DNA of 61,370 bases, the filler included, from Circinaria calcarea (lineage: Eukaryota), in NCBI GenBank assembly GCA_051942165.1. It is 4 parts of 4 records of this genome, joined end to end, with 100 filler letters (N's around TTAATTAATTAA, not from the genome) between each part and the next. Parts side by side here need not be neighbours in the genome. Positions count along the whole stretch, not along the records: positions 1 to 15,277 come from JAVECS010000375.1; positions 15,378 to 30,644 come from JAVECS010000376.1; 2 more parts are not named here. One strand, written 5' to 3'. The notes beneath the pieces are model-generated. The model searched no databases and was not told the DNA's origin. It worked only from the letters and a program-made list of their open reading frames with translations. Both the position numbers and the translations under genes were made by a program. Each line of letters starts with the position of its first letter. Positions within the stretch are counted from its first letter, which is position 1. Positions 11,545 through 26,783 of this stretch are shown here, piece by piece.

Positions 11545-12762
11545 ATGACTCAAATCGAGGACCTTCCACTCGAGATTCTCCGATTGATCTTCGGCTCTCT
11601 GCCAAAATCAGACCTGAAGAAGCTACGATACATGAACAACACCCTCAACCAGGCTGTTGTGCCCTCCCTCTTCAATCAGGTCATTCTAGCGCCGAGCGAA
11701 CTGGACATGGAGAATGCTAGAAAAGTGGTGAGGACATTCGGCCGCCATGTTACGCATTTGATTCTGGTCTGTGTTAGATACCAGAATCTGAGCTTTGATC
11801 AGTATCAGAACAAGCATCAGCGACGAAACGGCAATTACCGAACGGCGTCCAAAGAAGACGAGAAGAGTTCTTACGGCGAATACCAGACTCTCCGTCTTGC
11901 CCAAGAGATGATAGAACAGACTAATGAGGACGTCATTCTGATGAGGCGGGCATTAATGGCTGCACCTAGCATCCAAACCATCGAGATCGACGATCAATGG
12001 CCCACCGAAGCTGTCCAGGCTTCCTATCGAGAAATGTCACTCAACCGGCACTGCGGGTCTCGCGATTCCCCATGGGACTTTCCGATCCTATGCCCTTTAT
12101 CCGGCTACGACCTCACGCGTGATAGATCAAGAGTGCCTGCTTGGATCCGGCCCCTAACCATAGTAGCCCAAGCGCTAGAAGCCACCTGTCACCAGATCCG
12201 CACTTTCCGCGTCTCGCACAGCGGCGCTCTCCGTCTACCGTTGAAAGCGCTTGATCATCTCCGTCTGGACCTTGGAGACCAGTATAAATTCTTCCGCTAC
12301 CTGCGAAGCCTCGACCTTCGCCTTGGTGTGCAGGACCACACGGATAAATTCACAATCGCAAGTGGCTTGGTTCGCCTCCTGAACACCGCGGGGAGTCTGG
12401 AGACTCTTCAGCTCTCCTTCGACGAAGACGCAGCTCGGGTATTTGCAGCCGTTGCTGCAGGGGTGCGCTTTCCGCACCTTAAGAATTTGTCGCTGGAAAG
12501 TTGCACCACGGACGCACGAACTTGGGTCGCGTTCTTCACGTCTCACGGAAACACTCTCCGTACGTTGATAGGGTTGCGTCTCACGGTGGACAGGTCTTTC
12601 CCGTTTGGTTACCCCCTGGGCAGTTGGGAAGCTGTGTTGGAAAAGGGGATAAGGAAGATCCGGCTTTCGAAGGTGGAAGTAAGAGAGTTGTGGGATGGGT
12701 CTATACCGATGGGGGAGGAATTCTTGGAGAGAATGGCAAGGAGGGGGTTGGATGAGGGATGA
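11545..12762 (+). CDS. F-box domain protein with LRR-like C-terminus
   Basis: IEDLPLEILRLIFGSLPKSDLKKLR F-box-like motif after Met 11545; LRSLDLRL, LETLQLSF, FPHLKNLSL repeats; the ORF extends upstream to 11287. Confidence 0.75.
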   Translation: MTQIEDLPLEILRLIFGSLPKSDLKKLRYMNNTLNQAVVPSLFNQVILAPSELDMENARKVVRTFGRHVTHLILVCVRYQNLSFDQYQNKHQRRNGNYRTASKEDEKSSYGEYQTLRLAQEMIEQTNEDVILMRRALMAAPSIQTIEIDDQWPTEAVQASYREMSLNRHCGSRDSPWDFPILCPLSGYDLTRDRSRVPAWIRPLTIVAQALEATCHQIRTFRVSHSGALRLPLKALDHLRLDLGDQYKFFRYLRSLDLRLGVQDHTDKFTIASGLVRLLNTAGSLETLQLSFDEDAARVFAAVAAGVRFPHLKNLSLESCTTDARTWVAFFTSHGNTLRTLIGLRLTVDRSFPFGYPLGSWEAVLEKGIRKIRLSKVEVRELWDGSIPMGEEFLERMARRGLDEG

Positions 12763-13762
12763 AGGGGCGTGAATTGTGAAAAGCTCATGTTTGAAAGCGT
12801 GGCAATACATGGGCAAGTACACGGGCTGGTAAGCGGGTCTGTTTCATGGTTCGACCGCCACGTAGTTAACATCTTGGACAAGTGTCAGACATACGAACTC
12901 TCCTTGTGATGCTATCCCAAAATACACCGAGTATGTTTTCAGCCACCCTTTTCTCTACTCATCTGCTAGAACCCTTTATTTTAAAGAAAAGAAAAAGCAA
13001 GATGGGGAGGGCCCTGTCGTTTATACCATCTTACAATACCATTTATTCCATATCCGATCCAAAGCCGCAATTCCCGTTGAGATGACCTGCTCCAACCCGA
13101 TTCAGGCTCAAAATCCAGAAGCGGTCCTAAGTGAAGCTTTATCTCTCTCTCTCTCGTCTATCTATACTGTCTTCTTCAATTCTACCTTCTCCCTCAATCT
13201 AAATTACTATCTATCAGTGTATAAAGTAAGACACAATCTAGTAACTAGGATTCATCTTATGGGATGGTAGCACGTTGAAGAATGTCCATGGAAAGAGGGG
13301 ATGGATCCACGATTGTACTCTACAATACAAATGTAGAGGCTCGGAAGTCGAGGCCGGTGAAGATGATGATAGGTAGGCATGCATGAGGGAAACCTCAGGG
13401 ACGTTGCTTGTAGTATAGATTATGTCTCTGAAGGTAAACATCTCTGAGTTCTGATGGTACACGCCAATGGTAGCCGGAATGGCCAATGCCGGACCCGACA
13501 AAGTCCAAGTAGCAACTAGCGCTCACTGCGGGGCCTAATTTATCCGGATACGCTATCAAATTGAATCTTTACCGCCTTGAGATGATAAGCACTCAAACAT
13601 CCTCTAATTTGCACTACTTTTCCCGCACGACATCTCCAAATACTCACTGCACAGCTAATTCTGAACCCTTTCAGCGGATCAAACCATCAATCTTCGGCTT
13701 CCTCAGTAAACTGACTACAAGACCCACGAAGCCTCTACCTGAAACTCGTCAATACCGCAATC

Positions 13763-15277
<1,515 letters not shown>

Positions 15278-15377
15278 NNNNNNNNNNNNNNNNNNNNNNN
15301 NNNNNNNNNNNNNNNNNNNNNTTAATTAATTAANNNNNNNNNNNNNNNNNNNNNNNNNNNNNNNNNNNNNNNNNNNN
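15278..15377. other. Artificial contig-joining spacer N44-TTAATTAATTAA-N44
   Basis: Exact 100-nt symmetric construct carrying stop codons in all six frames; interrupts SAH1. Confidence 0.98.
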
Positions 15378-15455
15378 CTCCAAAGCAGCCTATCTATACC
15401 CATACTCACACTCACACCAATCTTTCCCCCTTCCCCCTTTCGGGCCCAACAAACC

Positions 15456-15520
15456 ATTCAATCAATCAATCAATCAAATTCTATTCTATTCTATTCACTT
15501 TACTTTACTTTACACTTACA
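15456..15520. repeat. Compound microsatellite (TCAA)n (ATTCT)n (TTTAC)n
   Basis: Read directly near the contig start. Confidence 0.8.
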
Positions 15521-16088
15521 CAAATCTAATACGTATACGTGGCACACTCGTCGTGAGTCCGTGACAGAGGTTCCTTTCCTTTCCTTTTCCGATATCTGTT
15601 GATGCCAAAGCCAAGGACGAACGACGAACGAGGTAAGAGATAAGAGGCTAAGTAATCGAGTGGTTCGAGTGGTCACGGGGATAAATAAAGGGCCAAGGGG
15701 CAAGGGGGGCTTGCGTAAGTACCGTATCCTCCGTAGGACTCTTCGTAGGAGAAGGGAAGAGGATTAAAATTGTGAGAAGTGGGTTGAACAGGCTTTTTTG
15801 TTTTGTTTTTGGGCGATGAAAGTTTGGAGTGGTGGATGGATGAATGGATACCTAAGCGTGGTAGAAGGGAAGAAAAGAAAGAAAAAGGAAACGCTATCTC
15901 CCTATTCTCAACCCAATCCGGTAACGCCATCTCATCCTACCCCATCCCAGGAACAAGTAAACGCCGTAAAATCCATCCACATCCATATCCATAACCCAAA
16001 CGCCATTCTCAAGAATAGAAAACCAATCTCCCTCCAGAAAAATGTCCATGAAAAATGTCCAGCATAAAACCCTCTTTGATCGCTCCCC

Positions 16089-17183
16089 TCAACTCCCATC
16101 AACCCCCTTCCACGTCTCTTCCCCCATGCCAATATGATGCCTTAGCGGTAAATCCCGATTCATCAACCTCGCACTGGCCCCAGTCCCCTTGGGTTCCAGA
16201 TTCCCATCCAGTGTGTTGAACGCCAGTGTCCGTGGCGTCATGGGCATCTTGGTCATGGACATGCGTTTGGAAGTGGATTTCCGGTTTTGCTGCTGGTGGG
16301 GCAGACGGTTCATTTCCATTTCCCACTTTTCGTCGCCGTGAAAGGAGGAGGAGGGGGATTCGAGGTCGGAGGGGCGAGGGCTGGAGAAGGGCAGACGGGA
16401 GGTTGGGAGAGCAGAGAGGAGGGAGAGAACGGTGTAGGTGAAGAAGAGAATGCTGTAGAGAATTGTATTAATATGGGCTTGCTTAGAAGGCTCTACTGTT
16501 GGGAAGAGGGTTGGGAAAGCGAAATGAGGATGAAGCATGTAGAATCAGCTTACCAGAGACAGATAGTCACGGCAAAAGCCCCCCTTGCTTGCCGGCAGTA
16601 ACCAAGTAAGTTTTGATTTACTGGAGGACCACAGCCTCTGGTAATGTACCACGGTGTTTTGGATGGATGTAGCGGATCAGTCATGTCGGATGCAGCCTGG
16701 TGGGAGATGCTGACAGCGTACAGGGCCGTAAGAATTCCGTGAACGACGACGGAAAGCAATGGTGGGAAGGTCTGGGTGATGTACATGACGCTCTTGACGA
16801 TGAGGATGAACATGGAGACGACGGCGATGACGACGTTGTAGTAGGTGATACTAATTGGTGTTAGTTTTTTTCCAATCAATCCAATGTGGAGAATGCATGA
16901 CAACGAACAATCGATTCCATGGCGTGGGCACGGGTATAGGTTTGTAATTGGCAAATGCGTATAGGATCTCAATCGGATCGCTATTCCAGCCGTGGTTCGC
17001 ACCCTCCTGCCACAACGACGTCCGATACAGATCCGGATCCGCGATACCATACAGCGCCAGAGCAGCGACCGTAAAGGGAATCTCGGCGGCGAACAGGAAG
17101 AGAGGCACTTTGGGAGTGCGCCATTCTCGAGGGATCCGTGATACGAATCGGCCGATAGTGGATAGAAACCTGGGAAGGCGCAT
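16089..17183 (-). CDS. Conserved fungal multi-pass membrane protein of unknown function (3 exons)
   Basis: EIPFTVAALALYGIADPDLYRTSLWQEG..GWNSDP, four hydrophobic helices, PWYITRGC..CRQARGAF, C-terminal PMTPRTLAFNTLDG; GT-AG introns near 16851-16910 and 16455-16552. Confidence 0.8.
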
Positions 17184-18040
17184 TGCGACAGCGACACAGG
17201 CAGTTCGGATTCTTATCGTAGAGACAACCTCGAGTCGTCTCAAAGATCGCTGACACTATTCCCGGCGACTGAGGGATGTTTCGGATGTCGACGGCGACTG
17301 CAAGATGGCAAGAAGCAGGAAGGCGTGAGGCAGACGGCCTTATGGAAGCTCGGCGAGTTGCCAGTTTCAACGGGGATGCCGCCCACGTCCATCAGCTGCA
17401 TTGGCATCCATCAGCCTATCGAAAGCTGCTGCAACCTGCACGCACTTTACGGCGTCGGCACTGTCGTGATCGAGTTGCCCTCCAGTTCCCAGTTCCCACT
17501 AGCCTCATCCCGCAGCCAATGATCCGATTAGCTCCAGTTGATGAAGACCAATCACCAACCATCTAAGCGCCCGACATGGCGAAGAAAGGAAGAAGGTGGG
17601 GGGACCAAAAGCTTTGCTACCCCGTAACCGCCCATCATATCCAATACATAGTAGAAGAATGTGCAGTGAGCGAAGCGGGAAAACTAACCCGAAAGAGAAT
17701 ACGGCACGGAAATCTGAGCCTCGACTTGCACATCTCGATCTGAACCAACGGGCGCCAACCATCGAGGCCACTCTTACTCGGGAGGACAATGGAGAATGGC
17801 GATTACAAGCTATCCTGCCCTAGTCGTCCCATCCCCCAGTACAACGCCCATGCTTCCTCGAGCCTGATCACTCCTGCCAAAATGCCGAGAAGCCGACCAT
17901 GAGAACAAAAGAAATGCAGAGGGCGAAAATCCAATCACATCCACCCAACGCACGTGACGCATCCATATCGAATGCCCGTCCCAAACCCATCCATCCAATG
18001 CGCGCAGACTCCCCGGCCATCGTCGGGGTGGTGAAGAGAT

Positions 18041-21000
18041 TCACACCCGATCCTCGGCAAAATCCACCACCTCGCAGTCATCCTCGAAGAAGTCCTCCTC
18101 GAGACCAACCTCACCTCGCCGGCCCCGCTGCCGCCGCGTCGTCACCACCACATGCTGTCCCTGCTCCGCATTGCCCTCCAGCCTGATGAGGTTCTCCATC
18201 GGACCGACGGGCCCGTCCTCGCCGTACCCAATCCCTCCGTGCTCGTCCGAGTTCCCTGAGCCACTGCTGATCTTCCTGCTCGGAATCTCCTCGCCAAAGA
18301 CCCAAGGAGAGTCATCGTGTAAGTGGTGGATGTCTTCGGCGACGGTACTATCGTATGCATAAAGATTGATGCGTCTGTCGGTATGGAAGGGTTGGTAGGG
18401 CGCGTTGGTCTCAATCTCGGCATAAGACAGCGGATGTGTACCCCCTTTCACCGGCCCGTGTATCGGCGATGCTGTACTGGCCAGTGGCCAACATCCGCCT
18501 GAACTTATTGTTTTCGATCCGCCCAACGACGTTGTCGACATGTTACTCGGTGCGGTGGGTAGGTCAATTTCGACAGGCTTGCCACCGAGAACAGAAGGCC
18601 GGCGTTTTCCGGGATTGACATTAGTGCTCTGGCGAACACTATGCAATCTCAAGAAGCCACCACCAACGACTGCTATCAGACCACGGTCTTTCCCGGTTAG
18701 CCATCGCACGCAACCTGGTGAAATGACTCGCAAGGAGCCCGGTATATGCAAGCGATTCTCGCCCATGTGTCGGATAGTATTGACAGTCCCTGCCGCCGCA
18801 CCAACAGACTTGCTAATGCCTGCCGCAACCACCTTGCCACCTTTAGCACCAGCACCCACTGGGAGATTAAACCCCCCAAAAGCAGTAAATGCATTCGTGA
18901 TACTGGTCGGACGACCACGAACGGCGGAAAGTAAAGGCTGCGTTCGTCCATTCACCATGTTGATTGCGGCGCTAAGAGCTGATCCCGCTGGTGCTGACGC
19001 ATCCCGTTTCTCCCCGTCATTAATCTTCTCTCCGGGAGCAGACGCAGGTCGGGCAACGCGACGTGGAGGAGGCCACAGGAATGCAGATGCAGGCATATCG
19101 AATATATGAACAGTTCCCCTATCCGTGATAATAGCTAGCCGATCACCTTTTGGCTCTGTCCAGATTACATCGACAACGTTGGCTGTGGTAATTCGAGTGA
19201 ATTGTGCAACTTGGCGGACTGTAGGCCCTTGATCGGCCAGAGTAACATCAGATGTCTTGCTAACCCCAGACTTACCATGTACCATCCGCATCAGATCCCA
19301 GACATGTTGAATGTCTCCCTTGGCGCTGGCGGTGAACAGACCCAGACCACTTGGAGAAAAACCGACAAAGCTACATCCACCAGGGAGACTGAAGGTAGAG
19401 ATGGGATGGAGCGCTACCGCTGGCTTGGCATCTTGGTTACTCGATAGCTTTTCGAGATCGAGGATAGTAATTAGAGCAGGCTGATGATTAACCCGAGCAT
19501 TTCGGTCTTCAGGTGCGTGCGTAGGTGGGAAGCATTGCTGAGGTTGCTGCGCTGCGGGCGACTTTGGACCCTGTTGCTGCTTGGCAATCTGAGGATTTAC
19601 CTCTGCGGGCTTGTACCAGTAGTTTTTGAAAGCTTGCACTCCCTGACCCCCAACCCATCTTGCGCCTCTGATAACCTCCTGAGCCACATCCCGGGCTATC
19701 CTGTTGAAAGCACTATCGCCTCCGGGAGTATCGAGTCCACAAGTCACTTGTGGTTGCGAAGGAGGAGTATGTGAAGTCAACCCCGGCGGCTTTGGTGAGT
19801 TAGATGGAGTATCGGTTGTTCCGTGTATGGTGAAGCGGCTAGATGGGAGTGGAGCGACAGTAACAAGCCATCTATGACTGAGAGAAACCATGGGCGTTTC
19901 AGATAGCGTAGGTTGAGAAGTAGAAGAGTCCAGGGGGCTATCTACCTCCGATGGAGCGGAGGATGAAGACCAGCTGCGTGCTTTGCGGATTGGCATACTC
20001 GTCCACGTTTTCCCTATACACCTAAAAGCCCCTTCTAACATCTCTCGACTGCCATGTACAATCTCATAAATGTACACTTCGCCGCTGTCACCGGAAGCAA
20101 CGGTAATGAACTTGCCTTCGGCTTGTACACTCAAGTTTCCCACAGGTAAGGGCACGGTGGATAAATGCGCACGATAAAGGATGTCTATCTTAACAGCTGG
20201 ACTGGAAAATAGCGTTGCTAGATGTTTCTGAGTGTTGAGAGAGTAGACCTCCACGGAGGTCTGATAATGCGTCACGGGCTGGATTACAGGCGTATCTAGA
20301 GAGTGCATTGCCGGTAGCACTGAATCCGAAGGATCAAAATCAACGTCATTAGAATGACTGGTTCCTGGTCTAGAATGATCGGCCGATCGGGCTTCTTGTA
20401 ATGGTCCATGGATAATAACCACGACCAGCGGCCTCAAAGCATAGAGAGGATCTCTTCTTGAAGTACAAGGCAGAATTTTAGCACCAATGACGGTTCCCCG
20501 TAAACTATCAAGACGTCCTAAGAGTTGGCACTTGTCTTTCTCAATCTTGTGTATCTCTAGACCCTTTTCGAACCCGACCAGGAGCACATTTTCCGCCGAT
20601 GTTGTTCTTGTGTCACCAGCAGAAGCCAAAGAGTCAAAGGTACAGCAGCCATCGATCCCTGTCATTCTGTCTTCCTTAAAGGTTCCATCCTGTTGAAGAT
20701 TATGACTGGGCGCGCCATAGAAGTGGGCTTGCGGATGATGTGGTAAGGGTGGCGCGCGAGAATATTGTGGATGCATCGATGTAGGTGTATCTCTTGTAGG
20801 AGAAGAACCTAGGTAATCTCCAAAGCTCTGATAAGCATTGTTCCGCCTAACTGGTAGGCGATACGCAGCTCGTGGCGAAACCGATGGGGAGGCATTGCTA
20901 AATCCTCCGCGTGGCTCGTCACCGTGGGGGGTAGACGCGGCGGGGGGTGAGTCGCTTACACTTCTTTCATCTCTGTAATTGTAAGGAGGGCTACCGCCCA

Positions 21001-21450
21001 GTGGCACTTGGGCTGCCCATTCTGTCGTGCGGTAACTTGTGTTGGTCAGGGCGGACGAGTTGTCATGGGCTGTGGGAAGAGGTGAATAAAGGTCCTTGTC
21101 CAGAGCATGAAGCGGTGGGGACGTGGATGTCTGGGGATACTGTTCTGGTGTGGATGGAGCCGATCTGAGATGGTATATATTAGACTCCTATCTGCACTTT
21201 CTTTTAAGATGGGGCATGCGTTGCCCCGTAGATGGACTGGCCGCCCCAACCCAACTTACAGCTCCTTTGTCAAGTGTTTCGACGTCTTTTCTTTATTTGT
21301 ATATTCTCCTCCCCAATCATGCTTCTTCCGAGATCCTCCCTTGACTTTAGGTCCAGCCGATTTCTTTCTCGCGGGCTCTTCTTGAGAGGGAGGACTTGTA
21401 CCGGCAGGCAGTTGTTGGTCGGCGCTTGAGAAGTCTGAGGATGGGAGCAT
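18041..21450 (-). CDS. BCAS3-like WD40 beta-propeller protein (PROPPIN/autophagy related)
   Basis: ATG 21450, intron 21165-21259 joins to the 988-aa ORF; FSPSGLGLFTASAKGD..VWDL, RITTANVVDVIW..TDRGTVHIF, LSYAEIETNAPYQPFHTDRR. Confidence 0.85.
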
Positions 21451-22418
21451 TCACCTACGTCGGGCAGGGCTGCAATCGCGCGCGGACACTCGGGGCGAGT
21501 CTCCAGTACTACGAGGGATTGCACGATCGGTTTGTCTTTGAGGTAATTTGAAGAGATGCACTCTTGCAGACGCGAGAGGTTGGAGACGTAAAAGCTGGAG
21601 CCTGAATGATCGCCGGAGGATGAGGCCAACGAACGTGATGAGCCAACTGAATGACACTCGAGCTTGCTAGGTCACTTTGTACAGCTACTCGTGATCACGG
21701 CGGCCTCATGCGAAGGAGGGAGTGTAGGAAAGCTATGTCTCACAGCTTCCCCAAGGACCCAGGGACGCCGGATCTGGAAGCAATAAAGAGTCGTATTTCT
21801 GGGGGACTTCTCGAGTCGCACTAGACTAAGCACTTCAAATGTTGCTGCTATCGAGTTTGAGCCAGTTTGGTCTCAATCAATCAGCACAGGGAAAAAGGCA
21901 GTAATAATGGAGTTGGATAGATGTACAACTATGTACTTCCAAAGGAAGAGGACGCATTCTAGAAGAGCCCCTCGACCCGTCCAGCTACTCTCGTACTCGT
22001 AGCTAATCAGACGGCGGGGCACACGCACAAGGTAGTCTTACTATCTTTATCCCTCTTAGCTTATGAACGCATTGTGCATCTGACAGCTTTCCAGTGATCC
22101 TATCACGACAGGACCTCAATACATGGGCATAATACCGCAGTCTGACCACCAACCGTAGTCATGTGCTCTGCAATGTGATTACCGAAATAAGGCCATCTGA
22201 CTTTCTTCTTCCTACTTCACCGACTCTTTTCGACGGTGGCAATATATATCGGAATCCGAAGGCCGCGCATCCAACAATCCCTCGAATATCTCCTACAAAA
22301 TATCCAACAATAACCCGAGTCCACTCCCGCCCCTTTCGCAAACCCGTATTGACCCTGTGCTGCAAGTATCACACTTCCCGCCTTCCGATTACCCATGTAC
22401 AATACTGGGGTTTATATT

Positions 22419-23542
22419 TTACCGGTCCGCACGGTACTCGCTGCCTTCGTCACCAAAATCAGATGAAGTTAACCGGTGAGTGCGCGGACCGTCGAGGACG
22501 ACGCGATGGTGTTGGATGCCGTCGTTTACAACAATCGTGATTTTTGGCGACGTGGATTGTAATAGCGGGAGCAACTCTTGGTATTCATCGTCCGTCAGGA
22601 GTTGCGAGGGGACCACTTTGAGGTCTTTGTCAAACTCGAGCCGGACGGAAAAGTGGACCTCCTTGAGGCCGTGCAGATTCGGGAATAAACGGCTGTAATC
22701 GGTGATTGAATCGAGGCAACATGGGCTGGTTGAGGTAAGCGTCCCGGTCGTTATACACAATGTGTGGGAAAATACCCACATGAACATATTCTGCATGAGC
22801 TTTCTTCGAGGCTTGGGCGGTTTGCAAAACTTTTCAATGTCCTTTGTGCTGCGGAAGCAGAATGTGTTTGTGGACCAAAGTATGTAGCTCCCTTCAGTGT
22901 AAGTCTGTTTACACAGCCTAAGGAGGATGAGGTCGATCTTCGGGTCACGGGAATTGATCTCCCGCCGCTTGGGGCAATACGAATGGTCGTGGTCAAACAA
23001 GGTAGACTTTGTCGGCTTATGGTATATAGCCGAGAGATCACTCGAAGCAATGCTATGATGATCGTCCTTTCGCGCAAATCCAGGGGCTGTACAGATATCA
23101 TGAGTCATCCTCAGTTCACTCGAACCTTCGAAGATATGCAGGTGCCGTCCTCCAATAGCCTCCGTCCAGATCTTCATGCGAGTCTCGCCGGGTAGATCGA
23201 GTAGATGACGCAAAGGCTTCTCAGTTCGTTGCTATTACAATTCAGTACAAGATTCTCATAAAAATCATCTTTCTCATGGATGGTTTTAACCTTCTTAACA
23301 TGCTGAGATATTGATGCAGCGCGATGCCTTTTCTGATTCGGACCCTCGTCGTCGGGAGTTCCCTTAGCTGTCGGATGGGCTGATTCTTGGGCGATATTAA
23401 CCAACTCTAGATCGATTGGATAGCTCCCTGGGACGCGTATCAAAGCATGGGAGTAGGTCTTTGCTAGATCCAGAGTCTTGATTGCGTCAATCTGGGCTGG
23501 TTCGGGTCGGGAAGGAGGAGGCGTCATGAGAATCATCATCAA
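22419..23542 (-). CDS. DUF7730-like (F-box-like) hypothetical protein; exon limits uncertain
   Basis: LLDLPGETRMKIWTEAIGG..LHI and LLRLCKQTYTEGSYILWSTNTFCF motifs in ORF 22419-23213; the upstream ORF 23174-23578 is a probable first exon. Confidence 0.6.
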
Positions 23543-24387
23543 CTCGTATATGATGTGGTATATCAATTGCTTTGCCATGGCGTGATATTCAGCGGATTTG
23601 TAGAACGGATATCAACACAACATGTATGAGGACGCCAACCTGATGATAGAGTCTTGGCCATTAGAAGCACATATGTTGCTTGATTGTCTGCTTTCAAGTA
23701 ACCAATTAGAACCACGAGACGGAAGCAAGCGAAGGTAAGTGCTATCCAGGCCCTAGGGAGCAGCTGTAGCGAAATGAGACGAAGCGAAGGATAGATATGA
23801 GACAACAGCTTCACTATATCAACCATCAAGTCACGAACACGACACCCAAGCCCTGCAATCAGAGTGAATAGAAAAAAATCCCTCTTACACTGAATATTCA
23901 CTAAATCACTCCAAAATCCACGCAAAACCAGCCTTTCATCAACATATTATTAATTATTTGAGTGTTGGAGGCGTACTCTCTGGAACCGTGCCTAAATGTC
24001 AGATTTCTAGGCGGGCGGCTCCAGTATATATGCGGTTGTAGTAAGGTATGCACAGCATTTGACAAAAGATATCTTAATGGTGCTGTAGGATTATACTATG
24101 GTTCACAGTAGATCCTTTGTAGATTGTCGGTAAATCTTTCCTCCAGAAAGATTCTGCGCAGCAAAGTCGGCCAGGTCAGGGGCCGACCCATAAGACTACT
24201 CCGTACCGGGATCGGTAAATCTAATATACCGGACAAGCTTCATACCAATCACGTCGTTAGCGTCACATTTCACTTTCAACGCGCTGCAAAACTTATAACA
24301 AATTGTAGAAAACTCACTTCTTACCAGTGCTCACATTCAGAAGATTGAATTCCTCTACTCGCAGTACCGTGATCCATCTCACTCACA

Positions 24388-26433
24388 ATGGAAAGTTTTG
24401 AAAATATACACCTTGACCTCTCGAAACAACCAGGCAAATGCAGATTAGCAGAAAGTGGGCTGGGCTGGAGGCCCTCAGGTGGGGGCGACACCTTTACGTT
24501 GGACAATAGCAACATCGGTGGCGCGCAGTGGAGTAGAGCGGCCAGGGGTTATGAGCTGAAGATCTTATCAAGAACATCTGGGGTGATACAGCTGGACGGC
24601 TTTGATCAAGAAGTAAGTTTCTAGGCTATCCTGCTCTACAAGCTGAGCTAATGGTGTTAGGACTTTGATCGTGTAGGTAAAGCCTTTAAGCTATTCTATG
24701 GTATCAATCTCGAAAACAAGGAACATGCTCTACGGGGTTGGAATTGGGGCAAAGGCGAGTTTGGCAAGGCGGAACTAGCTTTCAACGTTCAGAACCGACC
24801 TGCGTTCGAAATCCCCTACTCGGAAATCTCGAACACAAATCTAGCAGGGAAGAATGAGGTGTCCGTAGAGTTCTCGCTACCAGCGGATGGTAACGAGACG
24901 GGCACAAACGGACATCTAGGGGGCGCAAGGAGCAAAGGCCGAAAAACTGGCGGGGCAAGAGACCAGATGACCGAGATGAGATTCTATATTCCTGGTACCA
25001 CCACGAAGAAGGAAAAAGACGAAGACGGTGAGGAGAAAAGTGTTGACGGAGAGGATGGCGAGGAACAGAATGCAGCCAATCTTTTTTACACCACTTTGAT
25101 GGAGAAGGCGGAAATTGGCGAGGTTGCCGGTGATACTTTCGCCACGTTCCTGGATGTGCTACACCTTACACCAAGGTAAGTACCTGCAGAGATTCTAGTA
25201 CGCAATTTACTGACACAAAACTAGAGGACGATTTGATATCGACATGTACGAGAATTCGTTCCGATTACGAGGCAAAACATATGATTATAAGATCCTATAC
25301 GAGTCGATTAAAAAATTCATGCTTCTACCCAAGCCTGACGATCTACATACCCTCATTACTATTGGTCTTGATCCACCTTTACGACAAGGCCAAACCAGGT
25401 ACCCGTTCCTAGTAATGCAGTTCAAGCGCGAAGATGAGGTGGTATTGGATTTGAATATGACACAGTATGTAAACCGTAGTTAGTCGGGATTTGATGCTAA
25501 TGAGTAGTTAGGGAGATGATTGACGAAAAGTACAAAGGGAAGCTTCAACCGCACTACGAGGCACCTCAACATTCCATAGTAGCACAGATATTCCGTGGCT
25601 TAGCGGGTAAGAAGGTGGTAACGCCGTCCAAGGATTTTGTCAGGTATGCTCTTTCCCAGGTCTTAGCGTCTATCTTCATGACAGCCTTTAACTCCTAAAC
25701 CGTTACGGTCTCTTGCTAATTTTCCATAGTCACCACCAACAATCAGGTGTCAAATGCAGCATCAAAGCAAACGAAGGACACCTTTTCTGTCTCGACAAAA
25801 GCTTCATGTTTGTGCCAAAGCCTGCTCAGTACATTTCATTCGACAACATCTCGGTCATTGTTATGTCAAGAGTAGGCGGTGCAGTATCAGCAAGTCGAAC
25901 ATTTGATATTACTGTCACTTTGAAAGGAGGTGCAGGAGAGCACCAGTTTAGTAACATAAATCGGTATGTCTTTTCCCAAGTCCCTCCATATCTCAGCTAA
26001 CATGGCCATAGGGAGGAACAAAAGCCACTAGAAGAATTCTTCGAAATCAAAAAACTAAAGATGAGAAACGAAATGCTCGACGACGTAAGCCCTATTTTCC
26101 TTCTCCTCAATCATGCCCATATGCCTTCTAAACCCCTTATAGTCAAGCACCCTCATCGCTCAAGCCCTCAAAGATGAAGACATGGCCTCCTCCGAAGAAG
26201 AAGTTATCACGAAAAATGCAGACCGCGGCTCCGCCGATGAGGACGAAGAATCCGTGGACGAGGACTTCCGCACTGATTCCGAATCCGAAGTTGCAGAAGA
26301 ATTCGACTCTGCCCACGAGAGTTCCGGCGACGACGACGATGAGATGGCGGATGCGGATGGGAACGGGGCCGGGAATGAGTCGGATCCACCGGCTGAAGAG
26401 AGACCGAAGAAGAAGGCAAAGGTGGCGAAGTGA
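24388..26433 (+). CDS. POB3: FACT complex subunit Pob3/SSRP1
   Basis: MESFENIHLD, GWNWG, LTPR/GRFDIDMY, LDPPLRQGQTRYPFLV, VKCSIKANEG, acidic tail with PKKKAK NLS; multiple GT-AG introns. Confidence 0.97.
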
Positions 26434-26752
26434 GGGGACGGGTATCTGAGGGAAGATGGTGAAATGACGCATTTGCTAAGGCGTTGGGGGATGATATGAG
26501 GGGGTGGGATACCTGGGGCTAGCATATTCTCGGAGACTTTGCATTGCTTGGATGGTCGGCTATCTACCACCTTCTGGATGATGATATCTCGGAGAGATTC
26601 AGATGACCAAACGGGCTTTAATCCAATCCACAACCCGCTCGAATTAGTATAAACGCTCTAGGTGCTTTAGAGTTCTCAAATCTTTCGCAGATGTCCATCA
26701 TTTATGTCCTCCTATTCAGATATATATTTGAGTATCTTGCTTGCAGACACTG

Positions 26753-26778
<26 letters not shown>
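26753..26778. repeat. (CT)n microsatellite
   Basis: About 13 CT units read directly. Confidence 0.9.

Positions 26779-26783
<5 letters not shown>

Noticed and set aside
15322..15333. Recurrent palindromic TTAATTAATTAA motif at ~15.4-kb periodicity
   Set aside because: Always centred in N44 runs; it is an artificial six-frame-stop linker
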